Translations under genes and position numbers: made by a program
Virus record (IMG/VR): IMGVR_UViG_3300042827_000008
Coordinates: 1-40,680 of that record
DNA: 40,680 nt
Source: a virus
Lineage: Duplodnaviria; Caudoviricetes
Strand: one strand, 5' to 3'
Notes under the pieces: generated by a model
Databases searched by the model: none
Told to the model about the DNA's origin: nothing
What the model saw: the letters and a program-made list of their open reading frames with translations, nothing else
Part shown: positions 15,932 through 24,255 of the stretch, piece after piece
How the letters are laid out: the number at the start of each line of letters is the position of its first letter
How positions within the stretch are numbered: the first letter of the stretch is position 1

Positions 15932-16100
15932 GGAGACGAAACCCCTCGGGAAAAGGATCGACTCCAGCCGCTACTAGGCAGGATCGCCATTCACAGTCAC
16001 TGGTGGGCTCAGGTCGCCGCCCCGGCGCGGGCCACGGGGTCAGCCCGGTGGCTCTGCGCCGGGACGCTACCCGATGACCAGACGCGGGGGAACACCCGGA

Positions 16101-16424
16101 ATGAAGCTGGCACCCAATACGGTCTGGTGTTCACGCTGCGACCGGCGCGGCGACTCAACGGTCGTCGGGCAGGTCCGGCGGACCAGCGACGGCGAATGGC
16201 AGGTGCAGGTATGGGACCGGGCGTCCCAGCTCGGGCGGGCAGAGCAGGGCGCACCGGAGGCGCCGTGGCGGGTCGGGCTGGTCGCGCTGTACTGCTGGCG
16301 GTGCTGCAAGGGCTGCGGCGAATGGAAGCCGGAAACACTCGGCCGGCGCCGCACCGTGGGGGGCGGCGACCGGCCGGTGGTCGTACCGAATCTCACTGCT
16401 CGGCGACGCGGAGGCGTGCCTTGA
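16101..16424 (+). CDS. Zn-ribbon hypothetical protein convergent with integrase
   Basis: WCSRC...YCWRC; GGGGGAA RBS-like tract; overlaps the 3' end of int. Confidence 0.5.
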   Translation: MKLAPNTVWCSRCDRRGDSTVVGQVRRTSDGEWQVQVWDRASQLGRAEQGAPEAPWRVGLVALYCWRCCKGCGEWKPETLGRRRTVGGGDRPVVVPNLTARRRGGVP

Positions 16425-17901
16425 CGTTGACCCGGCTGGTTCCTAGCTCCCGTGGCATGACGATGAATCCGCGCGGGGCGACTCGGCGAATCATCCGCCT
16501 CCGATGGTCTGCTGTCGCGTCGGGGTCGTCCCACTCGGTGGCCAGTTCGGCCCGGTTGGCGACTCGCAGCGCGCTGCCCGCGCCCGCGTCTAGCAGCGCA
16601 TCCCGTTCGGCGGTCAGTTTGGTGATGCGACGTTTCAGCGGGGCGACCGCGGCGTCGTGCGCGTCGAGGTCCATCTCGCCTTCGCCGAGGCGGCGGGCCA
16701 GTTCGGTCACGGTGTCCCGCGCGACCCGTAGCCGCTTCTCGGCCTCTGCGAGTTTCGCCGAGGTCTGCGCAATTTGGCGCTGGTGCTTGGGGTCGGCCAG
16801 TTCGGTCAGCACGAAGCTGCGGACTTCCGCCTCCACGAGGAGAGCGTCGATTGATACACCGCCGCAGTTGATATCACGGCAGGTGTACCGGCGGACCACA
16901 CTGCCCGGCCGGTGCTGCGGCTTGCCCTTCATCCGCTCGCCGCATACCCCACAGCGCAGATGCCCACCTGACAGCAGGTAGGGGTCAGAGGCTGGTCTGC
17001 CGCGGCTGCGCGACTTGAACGTGGCGACGACTGCGCGCCATTCGTCCTCACTGACGATCGGTTCCACGTCGGCCAGTTTGCCCACTACTACCCCTTTGTG
17101 CACGAGCAGCCCCACGACCCGGGGTGCAATCAGCAGTCTGCCCATATGCACCACTCGCCACGGTTTGCCGCTGGTCGTGCGTAGACCACTCGCGTTCCAC
17201 TCTCGGCAGATGGTGGCTAGGCTCACGCCATCGAGGTGACTACGGATCGCCGAGGCGATCGCTTCGCGTTCCCGTTCGATCTGCGCGGGCTGCACCGGGG
17301 CCTTGCCGCCTAGCTCCTTGCCCGGCAACCCGAAGGGCCGCGCCCCACCGTGGAGTCGCCCGGCATCGCGCAGCGACTGCGCTTTGCGCTTCTGTCGGCG
17401 CGACGTGTCGGCGCTGGCCTTGGACGCTGCCGCCGTCAGTACGCGCAGCGTGAACAGGTCGTCCTGATCATCGAGACTGTAATCGCCATGACAGGACCCG
17501 ACTGTCAGCCCGTGCTTCTCCCCGAAGTCGATCAGCCGTTCCAGGTCGCGGGGCTGGCGCATCAGCCGGTCGGTGTGCCACGCGACCACCCCGGCGCTGG
17601 TCCGCGCTTCCAGCCGGCGCACGAGCACGTTCCAGCCCGGGCGTCCCTTGGGGGTACGGCGCCACGCCGACAGGTTGTCGTCGCGCAGCACCGCCCCGAG
17701 CCGGGCCGGGCGGCGGGCAATGTTGTTGAGAATGTCCACAAGCTGCCGGTCGGTTTTCTCAAGGTCGCCTTCGGGTGACTTGGAAATCCGGGCGTAGGCG
17801 TCCAGCACGGGCGCGTCGGCGTAGGCCGGATCAGCGTCACGCTGCCGTAGGGACTGCTCGATCTGCTGCCACGTGGTGGCGTCGTACCCGGTCTCGGTCA
17901 T
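16393..17901 (-). CDS. int: large serine recombinase (integrase)
   Basis: YARIS catalytic motif, D...SA, R.GW..L, DRL.R, recombinase domain (G.RPFG...G.SL..I...N..G..T..G..W), CGVCG/YTC..C Zn ribbon, coiled coil. Confidence 0.95.
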   Translation of the reverse strand: MTETGYDATTWQQIEQSLRQRDADPAYADAPVLDAYARISKSPEGDLEKTDRQLVDILNNIARRPARLGAVLRDDNLSAWRRTPKGRPGWNVLVRRLEARTSAGVVAWHTDRLMRQPRDLERLIDFGEKHGLTVGSCHGDYSLDDQDDLFTLRVLTAAASKASADTSRRQKRKAQSLRDAGRLHGGARPFGLPGKELGGKAPVQPAQIEREREAIASAIRSHLDGVSLATICREWNASGLRTTSGKPWRVVHMGRLLIAPRVVGLLVHKGVVVGKLADVEPIVSEDEWRAVVATFKSRSRGRPASDPYLLSGGHLRCGVCGERMKGKPQHRPGSVVRRYTCRDINCGGVSIDALLVEAEVRSFVLTELADPKHQRQIAQTSAKLAEAEKRLRVARDTVTELARRLGEGEMDLDAHDAAVAPLKRRITKLTAERDALLDAGAGSALRVANRAELATEWDDPDATADHRRRMIRRVAPRGFIVMPRELGTSRVNVKARLRVAEQ

Positions 17902-17913
17902 GCCCCGACTGTA

Positions 17914-17961
17914 TTGCACCTATATAGCGTCTCTCTACGGTGGGGTGCTATTTAGGTGCAA
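17914..17961. other. attP candidate for the serine integrase
   Basis: TTGCACCTATATAGC-N18-GCTATTTAGGTGCAA (14/15 dyad, 48 bp) directly upstream of int. Confidence 0.7.
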
Positions 17962-18139
17962 CACCTTCGCGGGGGTCCAGCGGAACCAGCCGGGCGCCCC
18001 GGCGCCGCAGGTAGTCCGCGACGTACTGCTCATCCTTGCCCACTGCCCACCAGCCAATCGGCGCAGCGGTCACCACCTTGCCGCCGTCCACGGCCAGCCC
18101 GTAGGTCGCGTGCGGCAGCGAAACCCATATCCAGCGCAT
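17948..18139 (-). CDS. hypothetical protein ending inside the attP arm
   Basis: MRWIWVSLPHATYGLAVDGGKVVTAAPIGWW...; protein-like, directly upstream of int. Confidence 0.6.
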   Translation of the reverse strand: MRWIWVSLPHATYGLAVDGGKVVTAAPIGWWAVGKDEQYVADYLRRRGARLVPLDPREGVAPK

Positions 18140-18143
18140 GGGG

Positions 18144-18173
18144 AGATCCTGACGGACCGGTCCGTCAGGATCT
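18144..18173. repeat. perfect 30-bp palindrome without spacer
   Basis: AGATCCTGACGGACCGGTCCGTCAGGATCT equals its own reverse complement. Confidence 0.9.
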
Positions 18174-18280
18174 GGAAGCGACACGAATAGTTCTCACCGA
18201 CTGTTGCGACCCACTGGCTCTATGTATTGTCGGTCAGTGACCGCCCGTGGCGGACACGGGGGCAGAAAGTGGAGGCGGCA

Positions 18281-18649
18281 ATGGTCGCTAGAACCGTGGT
18301 CACCATCGCGTGTGACCTGTGCGCGGCTGTCGGTACGGACAGCCCGGGGGAGACAATGACGATAGCGGGCGCGGTCGAGCTGGACGCGTGCTCCGAGCAT
18401 CGCAGCGAACTAGACATGCTCGTTGAAGTGCTCACCAAATTTGGGCGCCCGGCCGGCGGGGTGGCCCCGAAGCGGCAGCGCCGCGCAGCATCCTCCCAAC
18501 AGGACGGCGAGGCTCCGCGATTCTCGTGCGGGCTGTGTGGCCCCGAAGCAGACTCCGTAGCGACTGGTACCCGCGCCTACCACGCGCGTCGCTGGCACGA
18601 CTTGAAGGGCTCAGAGATTGAATGGGTGCCAGTGGCATCAACGAAATAA
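18281..18649 (+). CDS. Lsr2-like dimerisation domain fused to C2H2-type zinc finger
   Basis: GGAGG RBS; ARTVVTIACDLC...ELDACSEH...L..L.KFGR resembles Lsr2 N-terminus; C-terminal FSCGLC-x14-HARRWH. Confidence 0.7.
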   Translation: MVARTVVTIACDLCAAVGTDSPGETMTIAGAVELDACSEHRSELDMLVEVLTKFGRPAGGVAPKRQRRAASSQQDGEAPRFSCGLCGPEADSVATGTRAYHARRWHDLKGSEIEWVPVASTK

Positions 18650-18671
18650 CCACGGGGAAAGGGTCGAGAGC

Positions 18672-19154
18672 ATGGAGAGTTGGAGCACCACCGCACACGC
18701 AAGACAGCAGATGACCGAGCGCGGTATCGCACCCGATCAGTTGGACGATGTACTAGCGCACCCGGCTACCACTGCGCCGGACCCGAAGGGGCGCCCGGGG
18801 TGCCGCTACTACAAACGCGGCGGGGTGCTCGCTGTGGTGAATGAGGATGAGCACACGGTCATTACGGTGGGCATCGTGGGCGCGTCAGCTAGGGATTGGC
18901 GCACGTTCGCCGCGCCACTGGCTACCGGTCCGGCACCGGTCACGTCGGAGCAGGTCGAGCCGTGGCGACCGCGACAGCCACGAGTAAAGGTCAGCACCGC
19001 GCCCGTCCAGGCCACGAGCATTCTTGACGGGGTGCACCCGTCTATCGCCGCGCAGGTCCGGGTGACGCTGAACCGGCTCGGGCTCGATTTCCGTTCGGTG
19101 GTGGTTCAGTCGCCCACAGAGGTGAGTATCCTGCCGGGGCGCGCGGCTTCCTGA
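18672..19154 (+). CDS. DUF4258-like (RelE/colicin E5-like RNase fold) protein with C-terminal extension
   Basis: TAHARQQMTERGI....LDDVL.HP...YY....AVV......VITV. Confidence 0.7.
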   Translation: MESWSTTAHARQQMTERGIAPDQLDDVLAHPATTAPDPKGRPGCRYYKRGGVLAVVNEDEHTVITVGIVGASARDWRTFAAPLATGPAPVTSEQVEPWRPRQPRVKVSTAPVQATSILDGVHPSIAAQVRVTLNRLGLDFRSVVVQSPTEVSILPGRAAS

Positions 19155-19199
19155 GACTCCCGGGCGCGGTTCCACCCCCGTGGCCGCAAAACGGGAGAG

Positions 19200-19234
19200 C
19201 CGCCCCGGAGCGGCTAGCGCTCCGGGGCGGTTTC
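19200..19234 (+). terminator. intrinsic terminator
   Basis: 13-bp stem CCGCCCCGGAGCG/CGCTCCGGGGCGG followed by TTTC. Confidence 0.65.
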
Positions 19235-19256
19235 AAAACGGGGAAAGGGGATCCCG

Positions 19257-19457
19257 ATGGAACTGCACCACAGTGACATTGTGCTGCTGGTGTCCTATGA
19301 CAAGGGGCCGCGCAACTGGGACGCGGCCAACCTGCAACCGATCGTAAACCGGCTGCGCGAGCTAGGACTGATTGAGCCGGTCGAGGTCCCCGGCGGCGCG
19401 TTCATCCTCACCGCCGCGGGACGCGACGCGCTAGAGAGAATCAAGACGGGCAGATGA
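19257..19457 (+). CDS. small winged-helix-like protein
   Basis: VNRLRELGLIE......FILTAAGRDAL; strong purine RBS. Confidence 0.65.
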   Translation: MELHHSDIVLLVSYDKGPRNWDAANLQPIVNRLRELGLIEPVEVPGGAFILTAAGRDALERIKTGR

Positions 19458-19813
19458 TGAGCGACCCACCGCCGCACTGGTATGACCTCGAACACCAGCG
19501 CATCACCATCGAGCAGGCCGAGGTGTTGTTGAAGTCGCGCGACCGGATCGTCGCGCAAACCGAAGCCGGGTGCATGTTCGTGAGCACCGTGTTTCTGGTT
19601 CTCGATTCCAACCTAAGCGGCTCCGGTCCGCCACTGCTGTATGCAACTGCGTTGTTCGGTCCGGCCGGCGACGGTAGCTGCCGAACGTGGCGCACGTCCA
19701 CCCGCGCCGCGGCGATCGCTATGCACGATCAGGTCGCAGCGGCGGCACGCGACAACAGCGACCCCGGCGACGTCGAGACAGTGATCAACGGGGCAACCGG
19801 TGCCGACGACTGA
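19454..19813 (+). CDS. hypothetical protein
   Basis: coupled start; VSTVFL.LD......PPLLY.T..FG motif. Confidence 0.7.
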   Translation: MMSDPPPHWYDLEHQRITIEQAEVLLKSRDRIVAQTEAGCMFVSTVFLVLDSNLSGSGPPLLYATALFGPAGDGSCRTWRTSTRAAAIAMHDQVAAAARDNSDPGDVETVINGATGADD

Positions 19814-20111
19814 AAAGACGCTGCGGGATCTCCACCCCGGTGACGTGATCGAGCACCGCGGCGTGCTGCGCACAGTCGCGGAAGTGGTGAAGGCGTTCGA
19901 CCAGCACGGCTACCCACTGCGGGTCGTCACGTTCACCGACGGCGGGCCGGCGCTCACCCACAACGCCAGCTTTCTGGTGACGATGCACACCTATCCCGGG
20001 TTCACGTGCCCTCGGTGTGGCCGGACCAGTTACAACCCGAACGACATACAGCAGGGCTACTGCGGCCACTGCCACGACTGGACCAGAGAGGACCGATCCG
20101 ATGGCGGGTAG
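19800..20111 (+). CDS. hypothetical protein with C-terminal Zn finger
   Basis: FTCPRCGRTSYNPNDIQQGYCGHCHDWT. Confidence 0.7.
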   Translation: MPTTEKTLRDLHPGDVIEHRGVLRTVAEVVKAFDQHGYPLRVVTFTDGGPALTHNASFLVTMHTYPGFTCPRCGRTSYNPNDIQQGYCGHCHDWTREDRSDGG

Positions 20112-20322
20112 CTATAGCCACACGGTGAACGACGACGGGCAGCTAATCGCACCTAGCGACATGGCTGGCATGTTGGAGAACGGTGGCGACGTGTACGAAG
20201 CGGTTGAAGAAATGTTCGGCATGATCTGGTTTCTCGCCGAGGGCGACCCGACCCGCGTGGCGCATGCGCAGCGCAACTACCGGGCCGGTCTGGACATGTC
20301 ACCGGGGGTGGCCGATGACTGA
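20101..20322 (+). CDS. hypothetical protein
   Basis: GAGGA RBS; MAGSYSHTVNDDG... Confidence 0.7.
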   Translation: MAGSYSHTVNDDGQLIAPSDMAGMLENGGDVYEAVEEMFGMIWFLAEGDPTRVAHAQRNYRAGLDMSPGVADD

Positions 20323-20503
20323 CGCCGCGATCCGGCTGGTACGGGTGGCGTTGGCGCGGGCGCTGCTGTGGCTGTGCGCAGCCGTGGACCTGATCCCGTG
20401 GCGCGACACCGGTCGGTGGTATCTGTGCGGCTGCCGGGGGTGTTGTTGGGGGATCTCCCGGCTGTCATGCAAGGTCTACCCAGACGGGCGGGAGGCGCTG
20501 TGA
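20315..20503 (+). CDS. hypothetical Cys-rich protein
   Basis: overlapping start in packed operon. Confidence 0.5.
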   Translation: MTDAAIRLVRVALARALLWLCAAVDLIPWRDTGRWYLCGCRGCCWGISRLSCKVYPDGREAL

Positions 20504-20691
20504 CCGACGACGGCGACGTGACCGAATTTGGCGCGGGCCACGACTGGCGCGAGACGTGGGTACGGGCGCGCTTCCCGATGGTGTGCATACGGTGCATGAC
20601 CCGTAGCGACTCACCGGCCGCTGCGGACCCGTGCGACCGTTTAACCGCAGACGACGCGAAACCGGCCTCCGGCAGGGCGAGCGATGACTGA
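20500..20691 (+). CDS. hypothetical protein
   Basis: GGAGG RBS, GTGA coupling; H.W...CIRC...C. Confidence 0.55.
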   Translation: MTDDGDVTEFGAGHDWRETWVRARFPMVCIRCMTRSDSPAAADPCDRLTADDAKPASGRASDD

Positions 20692-20932
20692 CGGCGACAT
20701 AGGTACTGTGCGGTGGTTCGGCGCGTCGTGGAACGCGCCGATATGTGATCGACGCGCCCACGTAGAGACGCCTGCTGACCAGCCGTGTGGCGCGTGTGGT
20801 GATCCGATCCGGCACGGCGACCAAGGCGTAACGATCCCCTACTCGGGGCCGGAGACGGTGACCCGTGCCCCGTATCACCTCGGGTGCTGGTTCCGCGTGA
20901 TCGGCGTTCCGTGGGAAGGGCAGGGCTACTAG
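20684..20932 (+). CDS. hypothetical Zn-binding protein
   Basis: PCGACGDPI..GDQG...YHLGC. Confidence 0.7.
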   Translation: MTDGDIGTVRWFGASWNAPICDRRAHVETPADQPCGACGDPIRHGDQGVTIPYSGPETVTRAPYHLGCWFRVIGVPWEGQGY

Positions 20933-21156
20933 CCGCGCGGTGGCGTGATGTACCCGGCGGCGAACGCGAGCAGGGTGGCTAGCGCGCCTTCGACACCGAC
21001 AGGCACCTGTCCCCCGGTGACAACACTGATCAGAACTACGATGCAGGTAGCGGCGGCAGCGGCGGCTGTCGCCGCGACCACCTTCGGGGCGGGGGTGGCG
21101 TCGGCCTTGGGGACGGGGTTGGCGTCACCCTCGTTTCCTGTCCCGGGCTTGATCAT
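20929..21156 (-). CDS. holin-like 2-TM protein
   Basis: PKVVAATAAAAAATCIVVLI...PVGVEGALATLLAFAAGY; downstream of endolysin. Confidence 0.75.
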   Translation of the reverse strand: MIKPGTGNEGDANPVPKADATPAPKVVAATAAAAAATCIVVLISVVTGGQVPVGVEGALATLLAFAAGYITPPRG

Positions 21157-21298
21157 GGGTGGTCCCCTTTGCTGCGTCGTCGTGCTCGTTCGTTTCGTGG
21201 TACGGCATGCCTAGGTGCCGACCGCACCGCATGCAGTAAGGGTTCTCTGACCTTGGGGCTGTCGGCTCTGGCCCGCTACTCATTCGGCGCCCGGTCAT
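21125..21298 (-). CDS. hypothetical small protein between lysin and holin
   Basis: ATGA-coupled to lysin stop; YCMRCGRH. Confidence 0.35.
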   Translation of the reverse strand: MTGRRMSSGPEPTAPRSENPYCMRCGRHLGMPYHETNEHDDAAKGTTHDQARDRKRG

Positions 21299-22146
21299 GG
21301 CAGGTGCTTGTAGCCGGCGCGGCGGCACAGCTTGTCAACGGACGCGTCCCCGGGGCGCCCGTCAGCGTCGGCGCCGCGGTACCCGAGGGACAGTTGCCAG
21401 CGTTTCCAGGCGGCGCGGAAGTGCGCGTCCCACGCGGTGCCCTTGTCGGGGGTGACGGTGGGGGTGAGCCCGAGATATTTGAGGGTGGACATGGCGGCGA
21501 GGCGCTGCGCTCCCCACACACCGGACATGGCGGGATGCTCCGCGGCGTACTGCATCGCTTTGGTGCTGAGTGCGGTGACCCGCGCCGCGGGCGGGCGGGT
21601 GCCTTTGGGGCGGACCTTCACCACCTTCGTGTAGTCGGGCCGCGCGAACCTGAGCCGGGGCGTGACGTTGCGGGTGAGCCGCAGAACCCCGAGCCCTTGG
21701 CTGTCGCCGCTGGCGTTCGTGTTGCCTTCCACGGTTTGGATCCGGTTACCGGGGAGCACCTTCTCCACGAAGCCGACGTGATGCACGCGCCGCACCCCGG
21801 CCACGGTGCCGTACACGTACAGCACGTCTCCGCGTTGCGGCTTCGATACGTCCCGGTTGCGGGCCTTGAACCATGCCCAGCCGGCGGGCGTGTACTGGTG
21901 TTTGGGGATGATCACGTCAAGGTAGCCCGCCTGCTGCGCGCACCACGAAACGAACTGCGCACACCAGCTCACCCCGTTGGAGCCGTACCACGCGCCGTAC
22001 GGGTTGTCATTGTTCCAGTCGCCTGACTTGCTGCGGCCTTCACGGAAACCGATCTGCGACGCGGCCACCGCCAACAACCGGTCAGCCGCTTGGGCAGCGC
22101 TGTAGGGCGGCTCCAGGTGCGGCACTGGCCGCGCCGCGGCGGTCAC
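21295..22146 (-). CDS. endolysin: CHAP domain plus peptidoglycan-binding domain
   Basis: WCAQFVSWC...GDV...HVGFVEKV...TVEGNT; C-terminal WQLSLGYRGADADGRPG. Confidence 0.9.
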   Translation of the reverse strand: MTAAARPVPHLEPPYSAAQAADRLLAVAASQIGFREGRSKSGDWNNDNPYGAWYGSNGVSWCAQFVSWCAQQAGYLDVIIPKHQYTPAGWAWFKARNRDVSKPQRGDVLYVYGTVAGVRRVHHVGFVEKVLPGNRIQTVEGNTNASGDSQGLGVLRLTRNVTPRLRFARPDYTKVVKVRPKGTRPPAARVTALSTKAMQYAAEHPAMSGVWGAQRLAAMSTLKYLGLTPTVTPDKGTAWDAHFRAAWKRWQLSLGYRGADADGRPGDASVDKLCRRAGYKHLP

Positions 22147-22391
22147 TTGCGGTCGGCCTTGTCGGCTTCGTTCGCGTCGGCGGCGTCGGCCTCGTCGGTG
22201 TCTGCGCTGTCGGCCTTGTCTGCGGCGTCGGGCGTTGCGGGGTACGGCATCGGGGTCTGGTCGTCGGCGACCTCTGTGTCGTCTTGCTCGTCCACCGAGT
22301 TGACGCTGGTTTCCGGCTGCTCCTCGGTCTCGGTCACCTCGGTCGTCTCGGTGGTTTCGTGGGTCTCGTGGCTTTCGGTCACGACGGTCAC
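22143..22391 (-). CDS. highly acidic low-complexity protein
   Basis: GTGA-coupled at both ends; 27 of 82 residues are D/E. Confidence 0.65.
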   Translation of the reverse strand: MTVVTESHETHETTETTEVTETEEQPETSVNSVDEQDDTEVADDQTPMPYPATPDAADKADSADTDEADAADANEADKADRK

Positions 22392-22708
22392 ATCCTCTGG
22401 TGAGTCGGGATCAGTAACTGATTGGCGGGGACGGTGACGCCGCGCGCAGTGGCGGCGGCGTTGACTTGGGCGCGGACCTTCGTGGCGAACGCGGCGGCGG
22501 TGTCGCCCGCGGCTACAACGATCTGCACAACGGAATTCGTCATGCCTTCACCGACGTCGGCCCGGTCAATGGCCGGGTTGTAGGACACGGTGGGGTCGAT
22601 CAGGGTCAGTTCCCACTGTGTCCAAAACGAGGTCGCGGGGGTGGTGTCGTGCTGCGGCTCCTCGTTCTTGGCCATGATGGAATCGAACTTCAGAAACGCT
22701 TGCGCCAT
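22388..22708 (-). CDS. hypothetical (tail-region) protein
   Basis: AGGAAA RBS; end of tail module. Confidence 0.7.
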   Translation of the reverse strand: MAQAFLKFDSIMAKNEEPQHDTTPATSFWTQWELTLIDPTVSYNPAIDRADVGEGMTNSVVQIVVAAGDTAAAFATKVRAQVNAAATARGVTVPANQLLIPTHQRM

Positions 22709-22717
22709 GGGGGTTTC

Positions 22718-23125
22718 CTAGGGCTCGGTGGAGTAGATGACGTTGAGCGATATGGCCGTGGCGGTGCCGATTTTCTGTGTCGGCGCGACCGCCCCGGTAG
22801 CGGTGGTGATGATCACGATCGGTATGGCCGTGGTCGGGTTCGCGTTCGTCAGGTAGGTGAACGTGGCGACGGCGGTGGATGGCCGGTACGCGGTGGGCAG
22901 CGTGAACACGTGCGCGCCGTAGGTGCCGCTTTGCGCGGTGCCGCGAATGTGGACGTTGCCGATTTCGTCTTTGCGGAACTGGACGGGGTACCCGCTGACG
23001 GCAACCCAGCCGTTCACGAACGACGGTTCGCCGCCGCCGCTGCCGACGGTGTGCCACGGATCGTGGAGCCCGTGCAGGACAGGCTCGCCGAGGATCGTGG
23101 ATTCGACCAGCAGCCGGCGGGTCAC
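22718..23125 (-). CDS. minor tail / fibre-associated protein
   Basis: FVNGW...FRKDEIGNVHIRG......VFTLP.AYRPS pattern typical of fibre C-terminal domains. Confidence 0.7.
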   Translation of the reverse strand: MTRRLLVESTILGEPVLHGLHDPWHTVGSGGGEPSFVNGWVAVSGYPVQFRKDEIGNVHIRGTAQSGTYGAHVFTLPTAYRPSTAVATFTYLTNANPTTAIPIVIITTATGAVAPTQKIGTATAISLNVIYSTEP

Positions 23126-24243
23126 CCCAGCACCACGACACGGTAGGCGTTGAGCGCGGGCGCGGTGGCGAACCGCACGGTTGCCGTGGTGGTGGAGGTG
23201 CGTTCGTCGTCGGTCTCAATCGTCTCGTACGGGGCGGCGGCGGTGTAGACCTGAATTTGTACGTCGCGGGTGCCGAGGTTGTGGGTGATGACGTACGCGG
23301 TGGCGGCGCCGTCACCGATGGCCGCGGAGAACTTGCGCGCGACCACGGTGGTGTCGATGTTCACGGCGTCACCCGCGACGGTGATGCCGGTACCGGCGAC
23401 CACGTTCAACTGGTTGCCGACCTGCACGAGCGCGTCGCCCGCGGTGAACGACGCGGCGCCGCTGAACTGTGCATAGGCCAGCGCGGTGGTGCCCACCACC
23501 AGTGGCGCGTTCGTGGTCAACGTCCAGCCGGTGTCGGCGGACGTGCCTTCTTCGATGAACACGGCCATGCCGACCAGTTCGGCGGCGGTGTCGGCGTCCA
23601 GGGCGCGGGTCATGGCGACCGCGGACCCGTTGAACACGTACAGCCCGTTCTGTGCGGCGGTGGTCTGCGCCGCCAGTAGCACCCGGTCCCCGGCGGTGAG
23701 GGTTACCCCGTCGATCGCGGTACCGGGCGCGGCGGTGTTCACGTTCGCCGCGGCGCGGACCCTCGCTGAGTCTTTCCACGACAGCCCGGCGACGGCGTTG
23801 TCTACGTAGTTCTTGTTCGTCGCGTCGGTGCCGAGCGTCGGGTCGCCGAGGCTGGTGATTTTCTGCCCGTTCAGCGTGACGGAGCCGGTGGGCGGCGCGA
23901 GCTGCGCGAGGGTGTTTGTCCGTACGGCGGTGTTGAAGTCGGAGATAGTCGCGGCGACCTGTGTGCCGGTGTGGTTCGCGCGGGCGTACGGGTCCACCGC
24001 GAAACCGGGGTTCGGGTAGGTGCCGGACAGGACCCCCCCGGCGGCACCGGTCGGTGACCCGCCGCCCGCATCCTTGGCGGCGACCCACACTGAACCGTCG
24101 TACCAGTACAGGACCGACGTGCCGGTGTCGTAGTACAACTGCCCGGCGACCGGTGCTGACGGCGCCCCGGCGAGGTTCTGCACGCGGGCGTTCTGTAGCT
24201 CGTTCTTCTGCAAGTCAAGCGCTACGCCGAACTTCCGTGCCAT
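23122..24243 (-). CDS. tail fibre / virion structural protein
   Basis: GQLYYDT, ARANHTGTQ, DATNKNYVD, IDGVTL.AGDRVL...QT.A.QNG.Y, ITHNLGT. Confidence 0.8.
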   Translation of the reverse strand: MARKFGVALDLQKNELQNARVQNLAGAPSAPVAGQLYYDTGTSVLYWYDGSVWVAAKDAGGGSPTGAAGGVLSGTYPNPGFAVDPYARANHTGTQVAATISDFNTAVRTNTLAQLAPPTGSVTLNGQKITSLGDPTLGTDATNKNYVDNAVAGLSWKDSARVRAAANVNTAAPGTAIDGVTLTAGDRVLLAAQTTAAQNGLYVFNGSAVAMTRALDADTAAELVGMAVFIEEGTSADTGWTLTTNAPLVVGTTALAYAQFSGAASFTAGDALVQVGNQLNVVAGTGITVAGDAVNIDTTVVARKFSAAIGDGAATAYVITHNLGTRDVQIQVYTAAAPYETIETDDERTSTTTATVRFATAPALNAYRVVVLG

Positions 24244-24255
24244 TAGGGGGTGCTC

